Position numbers and translations under genes: made by a program | In this document: positions 1-10,265 of the stretch, one piece after another | Layout of the letters: the number at the start of each line of letters is the position of its first letter | Position numbering within the stretch: position 1 is the first letter of the stretch | Assembly: GCA_045659405.1 (NCBI GenBank) | Contig: JAZOWX010000015.1 | Location: forward strand, 9,143-73,142 | DNA: 64,000 nucleotides | From: Eubacteriales bacterium | GTDB taxonomy: Bacteria; Bacillota; Clostridia; Oscillospirales; CAG-272 | Reading direction: 5' to 3' | Notes under the pieces: generated by a model | What the model was told of the DNA's origin: nothing | Databases searched by the model: none | Seen by the model: the letters and a program-made list of their open reading frames with translations, nothing else

Positions 1-156
1 AACATCTCTGTTTTTGCATACCTTATAGTATTCTTCGTAGGACTTAATTTCGTATTTGAGCTTGTGCTGAACATAATACTCTCGCCCGCAATTCTGCGTA
101 TCATAAACATAAGAAAGCCAAAGAAAACCGCAGAAAATACCGAAAAACAGGTATAA
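1..156 (+). CDS. 3' end of an unidentified membrane protein gene (partial, runs off the window start)
   Basis: Frame 1 is open from base 1 to TAA at 154-156. The translation (NISVFAYLIVFFVGLNFVFELVLNIILSPAILRIINIRKPKKTAENTEKQV*) is hydrophobic with a basic tail. A hairpin plus T-run follows. Confidence 0.35.
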   Translation, partial: NISVFAYLIVFFVGLNFVFELVLNIILSPAILRIINIRKPKKTAENTEKQV

Positions 157-173
157 AATTTCGCAATAAAAAA

Positions 174-208
174 GCTGTCGCAGCAAAAGCCTGCCGACAG
201 TTTTTTTT
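174..208 (+). terminator. Rho-independent terminator
   Basis: gctgtcgcag / ctgccgacag stem followed by an 8-T run at 201-208. Confidence 0.6.
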
Positions 209-392
209 AGCGATTTTGTATCGAAATAAAGGCTTTGGCGCTTGAAAAACAGGATTGTTATTGCAAAGTCGAGATTTATCAGCTCATAAAAACGATTTAT
301 ATTAAATCGACACTATTTTGTCGTTTTTACACTTGAAAAACAGAAAGCAGCGTTATAAAATAAAGCTGTATTCACTTCGGATAAGAGGTTTT

Positions 393-1706
393 ATGAAATT
401 ACTTTCAAAAAATACAAACGAGCTTTCGAACACCGAAAGAAAATACAGCCGCACACGGCTTCTTTACATAATAGAAGCGGCACTTGAATATTTCTTCTCG
501 CTCCTGCTCACAGGCGCTTATATTGCAAAGGTTGCAAGTGCAATAGGTATGTCTGACGCTACGGTAGGTATACTTACGCAGATGTCGTCGCTCGGCTGCG
601 TTTTCCAGCTTTGCGCACTTTTCATTTCAGGCAAAAAACAAGTTAAGCACTTCGTGCTTATAAGCCACACGATAAATCAGCTTTTCTTCTCGGCGGTTTG
701 GCTTATCCCTGTGTTCGACCTGCCAAAGGATTTAAAAGCTCCGCTCTTTATAGTAGCGCTGCTCGGCGGTTGGATGATACACCACGTAATAAACGCACCG
801 AAAATAAGCTGGTATATGTCTATGGTAGACGACCGTAAGCGTGGCAGCTTTACGGCAAAGAAAGAGATGTTCTCTCTCGTTTCGGGAATGGTCTTTACGC
901 TTACGATGAGCTACGTTATCGACTCGCTTGAGGCAAATGGCGAGCTGCGACAAGCCTTTTTGGTCGGCGGTATTACGATGCTCGTTATTACGCTTCTTCA
1001 CTCGCTGACGCTTATTTTCTCGCACGAGCCAAGTAAAAACGACGAATCTGACAAAGAAACAAAAAATACAAAAAACAGTATTATCAAGCTCTTGAAAAAC
1101 AAATCTCTGGACCGTTTGCTTGTACTCTCCGCACTCGCCGGTGTGATAAACAGCTGCGCTATGCCGTTTTTCGGAACGTATCAGAATAACGAGCTTGGCT
1201 TTTCGCTCGTGTTTATCTCGGTAATAGGAATAATTCACGTAATAGTCAGATGTGCAGCAGCAATATTTATGGGACTTTACGCAGACAGGCGCTCGTTTTT
1301 ATCAATGCTGAATCTATCCTACGTATTTGGACTTTTAAGCTACGTCATAACGATATTCACAATACCTTCAAACGGCAAGCTTATGTATACACTTTTCTAT
1401 ACCGTTTTCTTTGCAATATTCCAGGCAGGCTACGGAAACGGAATTATGAATCTCGTTTTTGATACGGTTGACCCTTATCACAGAACGGGAGCGTGGGCGC
1501 TTCACAACGTGGTCAGCGGACTTGTGGGATTCTTCACAACTATTGTATGCAGCTTTATTCTGAATGCCATACAGCAAAACGGCAACAAGGTGTTCGGAAT
1601 AAAGCTGTATGCGCAGCAGTTCCTCTCTGTTATTACTGTGCTGTTTATCATTTTTATAATTGTATATATCAACCTGTTTTTGAAAAAGAATAAAAGCAAA
1701 AAATGA
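393..1706 (+). CDS. MFS-type multi-pass membrane transporter
   Basis: ORF 318..1706. ATG at 393 is preceded by aagagg (383-388). About 12 hydrophobic segments with a central hydrophilic loop (SKNDESDKETKNTKN), which is MFS-like topology. Confidence 0.7.
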   Translation: MKLLSKNTNELSNTERKYSRTRLLYIIEAALEYFFSLLLTGAYIAKVASAIGMSDATVGILTQMSSLGCVFQLCALFISGKKQVKHFVLISHTINQLFFSAVWLIPVFDLPKDLKAPLFIVALLGGWMIHHVINAPKISWYMSMVDDRKRGSFTAKKEMFSLVSGMVFTLTMSYVIDSLEANGELRQAFLVGGITMLVITLLHSLTLIFSHEPSKNDESDKETKNTKNSIIKLLKNKSLDRLLVLSALAGVINSCAMPFFGTYQNNELGFSLVFISVIGIIHVIVRCAAAIFMGLYADRRSFLSMLNLSYVFGLLSYVITIFTIPSNGKLMYTLFYTVFFAIFQAGYGNGIMNLVFDTVDPYHRTGAWALHNVVSGLVGFFTTIVCSFILNAIQQNGNKVFGIKLYAQQFLSVITVLFIIFIIVYINLFLKKNKSKK

Positions 1707-1723
1707 AAGAAAAATAAAAAATA

Positions 1724-1760
1724 GCGGAGATGCTGTAAACACAGAATCTCCGCTTTTGCT
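1724..1760. terminator. Bidirectional hairpin terminator between convergent genes
   Basis: gcggagat (1724-1731) pairs with atctccgc (1746-1753). T-run on the + side; A-run upstream gives a T-run on the - side. Confidence 0.6.
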
Positions 1761-1799
1761 TTGTGTAAAAGCTGTATTTTTCATCAAAAATGCAAACTT

Positions 1800-4001
1800 T
1801 TATTTTAATTTTTTATCAATTTCCTCGAAAATTCTCTCGGCTATATTTTTCATACCGAGGTCACCCGGGTGACTTGCAACACCGCTGTGCGCAAACAGAT
1901 CACACGCCTTCATTTTATCATCTGCTCCGAGGTCGCCAAGATAAACGGTTGGCAAATTTTTCTCTTTTCCAAGGGCAATTATATCATCATCGGCAGGGTG
2001 TCGCCAGAAGCCCGTGGTTAAAATCACACTCGCACCCGTAGAGCTAAGATAATTTATAAGGCCCTCGTATTTTTCCCTGAAAATTTTCGAGTCGTATTCG
2101 TCCTTTGGGCAGTTTTCCACAACCCGCATTACGATTATATCCGCTCCGAAGCGACGGGCCGCCTCGTATTTTTCGAGGATTGTTTGCCCCTCCTTGTACC
2201 TGCTCTCCCACTCCGAAACCTGGCAGATGCAGAAAGCGGAATCAGGAGATTTTTCACAAATTTTTCGCATAAGGATATGAGCGTAGTCATTCTCCTTTTT
2301 TGATGCCGCCATTCCGAAATCGTGATACCAGCCAATCTCCGGACGTATTCCGTGCAGCGTTATCGAGTTTCCGACAAGCATTACACGAGCACCGCCGCCG
2401 TTTGGATTTTCAAATCTGATACAGCCGTCAGGCTTAAGCTGTCCTATGGCTGAAACTGTATTTTTGTCCATATCGGAAAAGGGGCTTACCGATATGCGTA
2501 TATTCTCGGCAAAATCACCCATATGACAGTCGCACTCATCAAGCGAGCGCATAGGCACACCGTTATAATAAAGGTCCTCTATGAGTATATTTTCGGTTTT
2601 ATGCTCACCGTCATAGCCGCCAAAGACAAGCTTTGGCAGATGCTTTCCGTAAAGATTTATATTTTTAAACGTAAAGCTGTGGTTTTTGCCTCGCCTGTTA
2701 ACTCCTGCCGAATACTCCTTGTGATACTCAACCGTAACCGATATGGTTTCGGGCATATATTCGGGGGCGGTGTTGTGATATTCCTCACCGTCCTTTGTCT
2801 GCAAGAGAAGCTTTGGTATAACCTCGTCAGCTTCAATATTGATATTGGTAAAGTAGACCTCGCTGACCTCTGCATAATCGACGTTCATACAGTCAAGCGC
2901 AGGTCCCATCAGGTGAATTATATCGCAGTTGCGAAAATGAATGTTTCTTATTTTTTCCGCCTTTGTTTCAGCGCCGATTTCAAGCGATTTGCCCCAGTCG
3001 TTGAATATAACCGTACGCTCAACAACAAGGTTTTCAAAGCTGTCATAGCAGCAGCCGCCGTGATAGGTAGCCGCCTTTATAGCCGCCATAACGTCAGCCT
3101 CGTTGTAAAAATCAAAGCCCTTTACACATATCGAATCGTCAAACGTCCGAATAAAGCAGTCGGATATATGAACGTCACGGCAGTTGTGCATATCTATGCC
3201 GTCGGAATTATAGCGCCAGCATCCGATAATCTTCAGGTTTTTTATTTTCAAATTACGACAGCCGATAGGGCGGATATTATAAACGAGCGAGTCACGCATT
3301 GTAATTCCGTCAATCTCAACGTCATCGCAATATTCAAGCTGTACTGTGTGTCGGCGCTTTGCGTTTTGCACGGCTGTTTCGTTGCCCACGGCATTTGTCG
3401 AGAAGAGTATTTCTTCCTTATTTTTGCTGTTATCAAGAATGCCCCTGCCGAGAATTTTTATATTTTTTGCATCCTCGGCTCGAACACACGCATATACCAC
3501 AGCGCCCTCATCAATGAAAAGCGTCTGCCCCGAATGAAGCTCAATAAGCCCCGCATCATGCTCGCCCGCACCAAAATAAATTACCCCCTCGTACGTGGGA
3601 TTTATTCCGTAATCCTTTATTCTGTCGGCAAATATATGAAGCGCACGACGTCTGTCTGTAACCTCAAGCGTAAAGTACGCAGGCTTCGGCAGGGTGAAGC
3701 TTATTTTTCCGTTCTCCACCTTTGGCGAGATACCGAGAGATTTCGGGCGGATTTTCACATTTTTCTCATCATATTCAAAATGACAGGCAACCTCAAACAA
3801 AAGCGGCTCGTCACATTCAAGCGAAACAAACTGCACCGTCTCGCTCTGACTTATCTCTCGCTGATGTCCGGGCCAGCGCCGATTAAACGGTACAGCCGAA
3901 ACACGAGCCGTGTTAGTATTTATTTCACAGCCGTTTACTTTCACCGTGTAGTCCTCGCACAGGACGTCGGTTTTTATCACCGGGTATACGTTTACGCTCA
4001 T
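1800..4001 (-). CDS. Fusion protein: GH28-like right-handed beta-helix glycosidase (N-terminal) plus SGNH/GDSL hydrolase (C-terminal)
   Basis: ATG at 4001 with GGAGGA upstream. 'YNSDGIDMHNCRDVHISDCFIRTFDDSICVKG' matches the GH28 NxDG...DDxIxxK pattern. The C-terminal part has 'VMLVGNSITLHG' (SGNH block I) and 'ASHPGDLGM' (block V-like). No signal peptide. Confidence 0.7.
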   Translation of the reverse strand: MSVNVYPVIKTDVLCEDYTVKVNGCEINTNTARVSAVPFNRRWPGHQREISQSETVQFVSLECDEPLLFEVACHFEYDEKNVKIRPKSLGISPKVENGKISFTLPKPAYFTLEVTDRRRALHIFADRIKDYGINPTYEGVIYFGAGEHDAGLIELHSGQTLFIDEGAVVYACVRAEDAKNIKILGRGILDNSKNKEEILFSTNAVGNETAVQNAKRRHTVQLEYCDDVEIDGITMRDSLVYNIRPIGCRNLKIKNLKIIGCWRYNSDGIDMHNCRDVHISDCFIRTFDDSICVKGFDFYNEADVMAAIKAATYHGGCCYDSFENLVVERTVIFNDWGKSLEIGAETKAEKIRNIHFRNCDIIHLMGPALDCMNVDYAEVSEVYFTNINIEADEVIPKLLLQTKDGEEYHNTAPEYMPETISVTVEYHKEYSAGVNRRGKNHSFTFKNINLYGKHLPKLVFGGYDGEHKTENILIEDLYYNGVPMRSLDECDCHMGDFAENIRISVSPFSDMDKNTVSAIGQLKPDGCIRFENPNGGGARVMLVGNSITLHGIRPEIGWYHDFGMAASKKENDYAHILMRKICEKSPDSAFCICQVSEWESRYKEGQTILEKYEAARRFGADIIVMRVVENCPKDEYDSKIFREKYEGLINYLSSTGASVILTTGFWRHPADDDIIALGKEKNLPTVYLGDLGADDKMKACDLFAHSGVASHPGDLGMKNIAERIFEEIDKKLK

Positions 4002-4181
4002 AGCTATCCTCCAAACAATCAAGCTTTATCAATCTAACCCAATTATAACGGATATTCTGTTTTTTACAATGCAAATTCTTTAAAAATCGTGAGTTTTATA
4101 CACTTATTTCCTGAAAAATATTGTTTTTTTGCACGATTTTCTGTTAAAATCTTTATAGAAAACAAACGAGGGGGTGTTGTT

Positions 4182-5084
4182 ATGCTCGGATACGCAATAG
4201 AAAAGCCAAATACTATTCCCGAGGCGGTGTGGGCTCTGAAAACCTCTTTAAACGACTATTCCTGGAAGAACTCGAACTCGCCTGATATGATAGAAATTTC
4301 AATTTCAACCGTCACCGAGCGAACAACTCTGTACCCCGGCAAACCACCGAGAAAAATACACGGCACGGCAGTTTCCTGCATAGTCGGAGACGTTGAGGTG
4401 AGCAGCTTCTCGCCCAGGGGCGCTCGAATAGACGTTGCCTCGATTGCGGCAAAAATCCCCGAATTGCACTTTGATTTGCGTGAATTTTCCGAAGCGGATT
4501 TTGAAAACCTGGAGCTTATTCTTTTACCGTCAACTCTCGATTTTCTCAAAGAGAGTGAAATCTCGGAATTTGAAAAGCTGTTTATGAGATATACACACAG
4601 CTATATGGAAAAGAGCGCCTCGGCAAAAATTCTGTGCGGCGCTATATTCCTCGATATCCTTTATAGGCTTGACTCCTACGCAAGAGGCGGAAAGAGAGAG
4701 CCTGCAAGAGATAAATACGTCAGCTATTACGCACAAAAGGCAAGGTCGATAATTGATATGCGATATGCCGAGCGAATCACCCTCGCCTCGGTTGCAGAGG
4801 AGCTTGGTATAACGCCGGAATATCTTTCCACGGTTTTCAAAAGATGCGTGGGTGATAGCTTTTCGGAAAAGCTTTTCGAAAAGCGTATAGCCGAGGCACG
4901 CAGGTTTGCTTGTGAGAGCGCCCTCTCGGTTTCGGAAATTGCCGAGCGCACAGGACTTGGCGACGACAGCAATCTGCGACGCAGATTTAAGCAAAAATTC
5001 GGAATAAGCATCAGAGAATACCGTAGCATCGCAAAGGAGCAAACGCTCTATCACGAAAAGCCAACAAGAGATAAATGTAAATAA
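4182..5084 (+). CDS. AraC/XylS family transcriptional regulator
   Basis: ATG at 4182 after gaggggg. C-terminal double HTH: 'ITLASVAEELGITPEYLSTVFKR...SVSEIAERTGLGDDSNLRRRFKQKFGISIREYR'. Divergent from the GH28/SGNH gene. Confidence 0.85.
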   Translation: MLGYAIEKPNTIPEAVWALKTSLNDYSWKNSNSPDMIEISISTVTERTTLYPGKPPRKIHGTAVSCIVGDVEVSSFSPRGARIDVASIAAKIPELHFDLREFSEADFENLELILLPSTLDFLKESEISEFEKLFMRYTHSYMEKSASAKILCGAIFLDILYRLDSYARGGKREPARDKYVSYYAQKARSIIDMRYAERITLASVAEELGITPEYLSTVFKRCVGDSFSEKLFEKRIAEARRFACESALSVSEIAERTGLGDDSNLRRRFKQKFGISIREYRSIAKEQTLYHEKPTRDKCK

Positions 5085-5115
5085 TAGGTTACACAAACGC
5101 CTTTAAACGCAAAGA

Positions 5116-5153
5116 AACTCGGTACACCGCTTGGTGTACCGAGTTCTTTTTTT
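5116..5153. terminator. Bidirectional terminator
   Basis: 13-bp perfect stem aactcggtacacc / ggtgtaccgagtt with loop gctt, then cttttttt. Lies between convergent genes. Confidence 0.8.
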
Positions 5154-5228
5154 AAGCTTTTGTTTCTCCCTTTTAGCGAAGCTTTACACAGCTTTCGGAA
5201 GAAAACGGGAAAAACAAGCGAAGCTATA

Positions 5229-7910
5229 TTATTTTCTTCTGTCAACCGCTCTATGAATAAGCTTGATTGCCTCAACGATAGGTATTATGAGAATGGCAAG
5301 ACCGAATGCGATGCCGTATTCCATCAAGTCGAGGTGCGCAAGTTCAAACGCCTTTGCAAAGAAATCAACCTCAATTACAAGCGTTGTAAGCAGTAGCGAG
5401 AGTATTCCCGCACCCCACAGCCACACGTTTTGAGCCTTCATTTTGAATATTGAGCCGTGAAGCGACCTCATATTGAACGCATGGCATATTTCGCAAAGCG
5501 AAAGCGTAAGGAATGCCATAGAAGTACCAAGCATTTCGGCAGAATACGTTCCCTGCGCGATAGCATCCGCATGAGAAAAATCTGCAAGCCAAAATCTGCC
5601 TATCAGATAAGAAACCATAGTAATTACGGTAACGAGAACACCCTGGTATCCAACCGCAAAGCCAAGACCGCCCGCAAAAATACCTTCCTTGCTTTCACGT
5701 GGCTTGCGTTTCATAATACTTGCTTCGGGCTTCTCCATACCAAGGGCAAGTGCGGGGAAGCAATCCGTGATAAGGTTTATCCAAAGCAGATGAACCGGGG
5801 CGAAAATAGAAAATCCGAAAAGCGTAGCGAAGAAAATTGTCAGCACCTCTGACAAATTAGATGCAAGAAGGAACTGTATAGCTTTTCTTATATTGTCGTA
5901 AATTCTACGTCCCTCTCCGACAGCAGAAACTATTGTTGCAAAGTTGTCATCGGCAAGAATCATATCAGCTACGTTTTTTGTAACGTCAGTACCTGTTATT
6001 CCCATACCGACACCGATATCCGCATTCTTGATTGAGGGTGCGTCATTTACACCGTCACCCGTCATAGCGGTAACCTTGCCCTTGTTTCTCCATGCATTGA
6101 CAATTCTTGTTTTGTGTTCAGGCTGAACACGTGCATAAACGCTGTATTTCTCAACTGCCAGCTCGAATTCCTCATCCGAAATGTTATCAAGTTCAGCGCC
6201 CGTAATTGCCTGCGAGGCATCTGTTATTATGCCAAGCTCCGTGGCAATGGCAACTGCGGTATCCTTATGGTCTCCTGTAATCATTATCGGGCGGATACCT
6301 GCGCTTCGGCACTCGTTTATAGCATCCTTAACCTCAGGGCGGACGGGGTCTATCATACCCACAAGGCCGAGGAAGCAAAGCTCACATTCAACGTTCTGCG
6401 AGTCATATACTGACGGCTCGGCGGTAAGCTCACGCTTTGCAGCAGCAAGAACACGCAGAGCACGGTCCGCCATACTCTTATTGGCGGCGAGTATATTCGC
6501 ACGGATTTCATCGGTAAGCTGCACAACCTTTGAGTCAACCAATACCATAGTGCATCTCTTCAAAAGCTCATCGGGAGCGCCTTTTGTAAACTGAACAAGA
6601 GAGCCGTCCGAAGCCTTGTGTACCGTTGACATCATCTTTCTGCCCGAGTCAAACGGAACTTCGCCTATTCTGACAAGCACGTCCTTTTGAGTGTTCTTGG
6701 AAAGGCCCACTTTCTCGGCATAGTTGACAAGCGCACACTCGGTAGGCTCACCGACAGCGGCACCCACCTCTGTATCAAACTCTGCATCAGAGCAAAGCGA
6801 CATAGCATTTGCAAGAAGCGCCTCGTCATCACCGTAATGGTCCACAACGGTCATCTTATTCTGGGTAAGAGTACCTGTTTTATCCGAGCAGATAATCTGC
6901 GTACAGCCGAGAGTTTCAACAGCGGTAAGCTTACGTATTATTGCATTGCGCTTTGACATATTGGTAACACCGATAGAAAGAACAATGGTAACAACCGTAG
7001 CAAGTCCCTCGGGAATTGCCGCAACCGCAAGAGAAATAGCAATCATAAAGGATTCGAGAATAGGCTCAAAGCCGATACCCTCACGAATAAGCTGAATGCC
7101 GAAAATGACAACGCAAATACCGATAACGAGATAGGTAAGAATCCTTGAGAGGCCTGCAAGCTTAATCTGCAGGGGTGTTTTTCCCGCCTCCGCTTGAGCA
7201 AGTGCATCTGCTATCTTACCCATTTCGGTCTGCATTCCCGTGGCTGTTACAACCGCCTTTCCGCGTCCGTAAACAACGGTAGAGCCCATAAACACCATAT
7301 TTTTTCTGTCACCGAGGGCAACGTCACCGCCGACATCCGCCGTAAGAGCTTCGACTCTTTTATCAACGGGGACCGATTCGCCCGTCAGCGCCGCTTCCTC
7401 AATTTTCATAGAAGCGCATTCAATAATCCTGGCATCCGCAGGAACAGAATCTCCCGCTTCAAGAACTATTATATCACCCACAACAAGGTCTTCGCTTGAA
7501 ATGGAAATCTGTTTTCCGTCACGAATGACCTTACTCTGCGCCTTTGACATTTCCTGCAGAGCTTCGATTGCCTTTTCCGCTTTGCTTTCCTGGAAAACGC
7601 CCAAAATAGCATTGATAAGCACAACCGCAAGAATAATAACCACGTCCGAGGGGAAGCCCATATGGCCCGAATGAATACCCTCGTAAATTTCTACGCCTGC
7701 CGAAATTGCCGCAGCAACAAGCAGAATAATTGTCATAGGCTCACAAAGCTGTTTTAAGAAACGGTGGAGCAAGGACTCCTTTTTTGCTTCAACCAGCTTG
7801 TTCTTGCCGTCCCTCTCAAGGCGCTTTGCCGCCTCCGAGGAGGTAAGTCCATCGGTACTTGTGTGAAACTCGCCAAGAACCTTATCGGTGCTTTCGCAGT
7901 AAAACTTCAT
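5229..7910 (-). CDS. Calcium-translocating P-type ATPase (P2A/PMCA-SERCA-like)
   Basis: 893 aa with 'ICSDKTGTLTQNKM' (phosphorylation site), 'AAIPEGLATVVT' (M4 PEGL motif), 'MTGDGVNDAPSIKNADIGVGMG' and about 10 TM segments. Confidence 0.9.
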   Translation of the reverse strand: MKFYCESTDKVLGEFHTSTDGLTSSEAAKRLERDGKNKLVEAKKESLLHRFLKQLCEPMTIILLVAAAISAGVEIYEGIHSGHMGFPSDVVIILAVVLINAILGVFQESKAEKAIEALQEMSKAQSKVIRDGKQISISSEDLVVGDIIVLEAGDSVPADARIIECASMKIEEAALTGESVPVDKRVEALTADVGGDVALGDRKNMVFMGSTVVYGRGKAVVTATGMQTEMGKIADALAQAEAGKTPLQIKLAGLSRILTYLVIGICVVIFGIQLIREGIGFEPILESFMIAISLAVAAIPEGLATVVTIVLSIGVTNMSKRNAIIRKLTAVETLGCTQIICSDKTGTLTQNKMTVVDHYGDDEALLANAMSLCSDAEFDTEVGAAVGEPTECALVNYAEKVGLSKNTQKDVLVRIGEVPFDSGRKMMSTVHKASDGSLVQFTKGAPDELLKRCTMVLVDSKVVQLTDEIRANILAANKSMADRALRVLAAAKRELTAEPSVYDSQNVECELCFLGLVGMIDPVRPEVKDAINECRSAGIRPIMITGDHKDTAVAIATELGIITDASQAITGAELDNISDEEFELAVEKYSVYARVQPEHKTRIVNAWRNKGKVTAMTGDGVNDAPSIKNADIGVGMGITGTDVTKNVADMILADDNFATIVSAVGEGRRIYDNIRKAIQFLLASNLSEVLTIFFATLFGFSIFAPVHLLWINLITDCFPALALGMEKPEASIMKRKPRESKEGIFAGGLGFAVGYQGVLVTVITMVSYLIGRFWLADFSHADAIAQGTYSAEMLGTSMAFLTLSLCEICHAFNMRSLHGSIFKMKAQNVWLWGAGILSLLLTTLVIEVDFFAKAFELAHLDLMEYGIAFGLAILIIPIVEAIKLIHRAVDRRK

Positions 7911-8067
7911 TGTTTTCCTCCGTTTTATCTCATTTTTATTTTATTGTATTACCGTACAGGTAAATTATACCGCCAACCGTTCGCCCGAGTCAAGCAAATC
8001 GGCTTTAAATTAATGTTAAATCCAAATTAAGCTATATATAACAGAACCGCTTACAAATGGCAAGGAT

Positions 8068-8113
8068 AAAAAAACAGCGTGAATTGTCGGTTTAAGACCT
8101 CACGCTGTTTTTC
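8068..8113. terminator. Hairpin terminator downstream of the pseudogene
   Basis: acagcgtga (8074-8082) pairs with tcacgctgt (8100-8108). Flanked by an A-run and a T-run. Confidence 0.55.
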
Positions 8114-8155
8114 AATCTTGTTTTTGCGGTTAAATCCAAGCCGCAGCTGTTTTTA

Positions 8156-8786
8156 TCAGAATCCGAAGAGTGCCTTTTGCGTTTGTGCATCGGGAATTGT
8201 TCCGTATTCGCAAAGCTGGAACGCCTCGGCATATCTTACCTTTGAGCCACGCTCCACACCGTACTTTTCGATAAGCTGTTGTCTGAATCTTGCCGCTGTT
8301 TTTGCAAAGCGCACGGCATAGCCTCTGCCTGCCGCCATAACCTCGGCATCCGTAGTATCTCGGGTGATATTCATGCCCCGAAGCCACTCCTTACGTGCCT
8401 CTTCCTCCTCGGGAACGTCGGTGTAGCCGTTGTTATAGGGAAGCCACTCGTAAACCTGGCACTCGTTTAGATGAGCAATATGAAGCTTACCGTCTATAAC
8501 GTCGTCTATATCTACAACGTAGGTTGCCTCGAAATCCGGGTTCTTGAATCTGTCCTCGTAGTAAACGATTATCGGCATTTTGCGGGTACGTCGGGGCAGG
8601 TGTGAGGAACTGTAAGTATATAGGATGCATCCTGCACGAGCTGCGCTGCCGCTCTGTGGTCTGCGTGATAATCTATCGTGCGGTGAGAAATCTTACCTCG
8701 TGTCCAGCCTTTACGTATTTTTGAGCAAGTCCGCCAACACGGAACTCATTATCGTCCTGATGTGCGCCTATTGCAAGAATTTTCAT
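8156..8786 (-). pseudogene. Decayed PIG-L/LmbE family deacetylase, in three frame fragments with an internal deletion
   Basis: Fragment 1 (8786->8673): [37 protein letters not shown] with GGAGG upstream. Fragment 2 (8673->8569, shifted frame): [34 protein letters not shown]. Fragment 3 is ORF 8156..8578. The AHxDD and HxDH motifs are only ~30 codons apart. Confidence 0.7.
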
Positions 8787-8993
8787 AATTCCGCCTCCGA
8801 AATTTTAATATTACGTATTTTAGCATACCGCGTCTGATTTATCAAGCAAATTTGCAATATTGCAAAACAAAGAATCCAAATAAAAAGCTTGTGCAAAGGC
8901 TGCGGTGTGAAAATCGGCAAAAAGCCGCCCGCCGCTATTGACTTAATCTTAAAATATATGGTAAAATTATAAAAAAACGGGAGTGCCGAAATT

Positions 8994-10265
8994 ATGAGAC
9001 TTACAATACCGTACGGAAGCGAAAGCGTTTCCTTTGACGTTCCGGATAAAAATTTCTGCGAGCTGCTTGAGCCGCACGAGCCGCAGTTTGAAAATGATGC
9101 CGCCGAGGTCATAGAGGAGGCTCTTGATAACCCGATTGGCACACCGAAGCTCGAGCAAATCGTCAGCGGCAAAAAGACGGTCAGCATTATAGTTGACGAT
9201 ATGTCAAGGCCGACACCCGTGCATCTGATACTGCCGCCCGTTATGAAAAGGCTTCACGCGGCGGGTATTGAGCGTGAAAATATCAAGGTTATAATTGCTC
9301 TTGGCTCTCACCGCTATATGACCGAAGATGAGATTATTGCCAAGGTCGGTGAGGAAATTTACAAAAACTACCGTGTCATAAACTCCGAATTCAAGGACGA
9401 GGAGTCGCTCGTGCTTATGGGTACTGCCGAGGACGGAAGCAAGATTTACGTCACGGGCGAGGCGGCGCAGTCGGATATCAGAATCGGTATCGGAAACATA
9501 GTTCCACACCCCGTTATGGGCTGGAGCGGCGGCGGTAAAATACTCTTCCCCGGAATTTCGGGCGAGCGGACGGTTGCTCTTTTCCACCTTATGGGCGGCT
9601 TGCACCCAAACGGAAACCTTTTCGGCTGGGATGAATCCCCCGTGCGCCACTGCATTGAGGGCTGGGTTGACGTTATCGGCCTCGATTTCATCATAAACAC
9701 AGCGCTCACGGGTGATTTCCGCATATACCGTGCTGTCAGCGGTCATTACGTAAAGGCGCACAGAGAGGGCGTTAAATACGCTCGTGAAATCTGGGGCGCA
9801 AAGACGAGCAAAAAGGCGGATATTATGATTGTAAGCTCCTACCCCGCAGACCAGGATTTCTGGCAGTCGGGCAAAGGACTTTACTCGGCAGAGGGCGGCC
9901 TTGTGGATGAGGGAGGCACGATAATTCTCGTTTCCCCGAACTACGAGGGTGTCGGACCGCACCCGGAATTCCCCGAATATATGGGTGATGACGGTGCGCA
10001 CGAAAAGCTTGTACGTGCAAAGGACGACGACACAATCCCCGGTGACAGACTTGCAATGTCGGTAGGCACTGCAATGTGCAAAATGCGTCTGCGCCGTGAG
10101 ATAATAATGGTAAGCGACGGTGTTATGAAAGAGGACTGCGACACCTGCAAGATTGGCTACTATCCGCTTTCCAAGCTTCAGCAGGCGATAGACGATACAA
10201 TAGCAAAATACGAAAATCCGACAGTTTCTGTAATAAGCCACGGAGGAGAGCTTTATGTATATTGA
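8994..10265 (+). CDS. LarA-family (nickel-pincer lactate racemase-like, DUF2088) protein
   Basis: 423 aa. 'VSIIVDDMSRPTP' and 'IALGSHRYMT' resemble LarA N-domain motifs, and the length is typical for LarA homologs. Confidence 0.75.
   Translation: MRLTIPYGSESVSFDVPDKNFCELLEPHEPQFENDAAEVIEEALDNPIGTPKLEQIVSGKKTVSIIVDDMSRPTPVHLILPPVMKRLHAAGIERENIKVIIALGSHRYMTEDEIIAKVGEEIYKNYRVINSEFKDEESLVLMGTAEDGSKIYVTGEAAQSDIRIGIGNIVPHPVMGWSGGGKILFPGISGERTVALFHLMGGLHPNGNLFGWDESPVRHCIEGWVDVIGLDFIINTALTGDFRIYRAVSGHYVKAHREGVKYAREIWGAKTSKKADIMIVSSYPADQDFWQSGKGLYSAEGGLVDEGGTIILVSPNYEGVGPHPEFPEYMGDDGAHEKLVRAKDDDTIPGDRLAMSVGTAMCKMRLRREIIMVSDGVMKEDCDTCKIGYYPLSKLQQAIDDTIAKYENPTVSVISHGGELYVY

Noticed and set aside
2523-4037. 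Long antisense ORFs: 2523..4037(+), 9204..10271(-), 17285..18094(+), 34717..36309(+), 47907..48896(+) and 52810..53520(+).
   Set aside because: Each lies entirely opposite a gene with clear family motifs. The translations are Cys/Arg/Ile-rich with no recognisable domains, which is typical of shadow ORFs.
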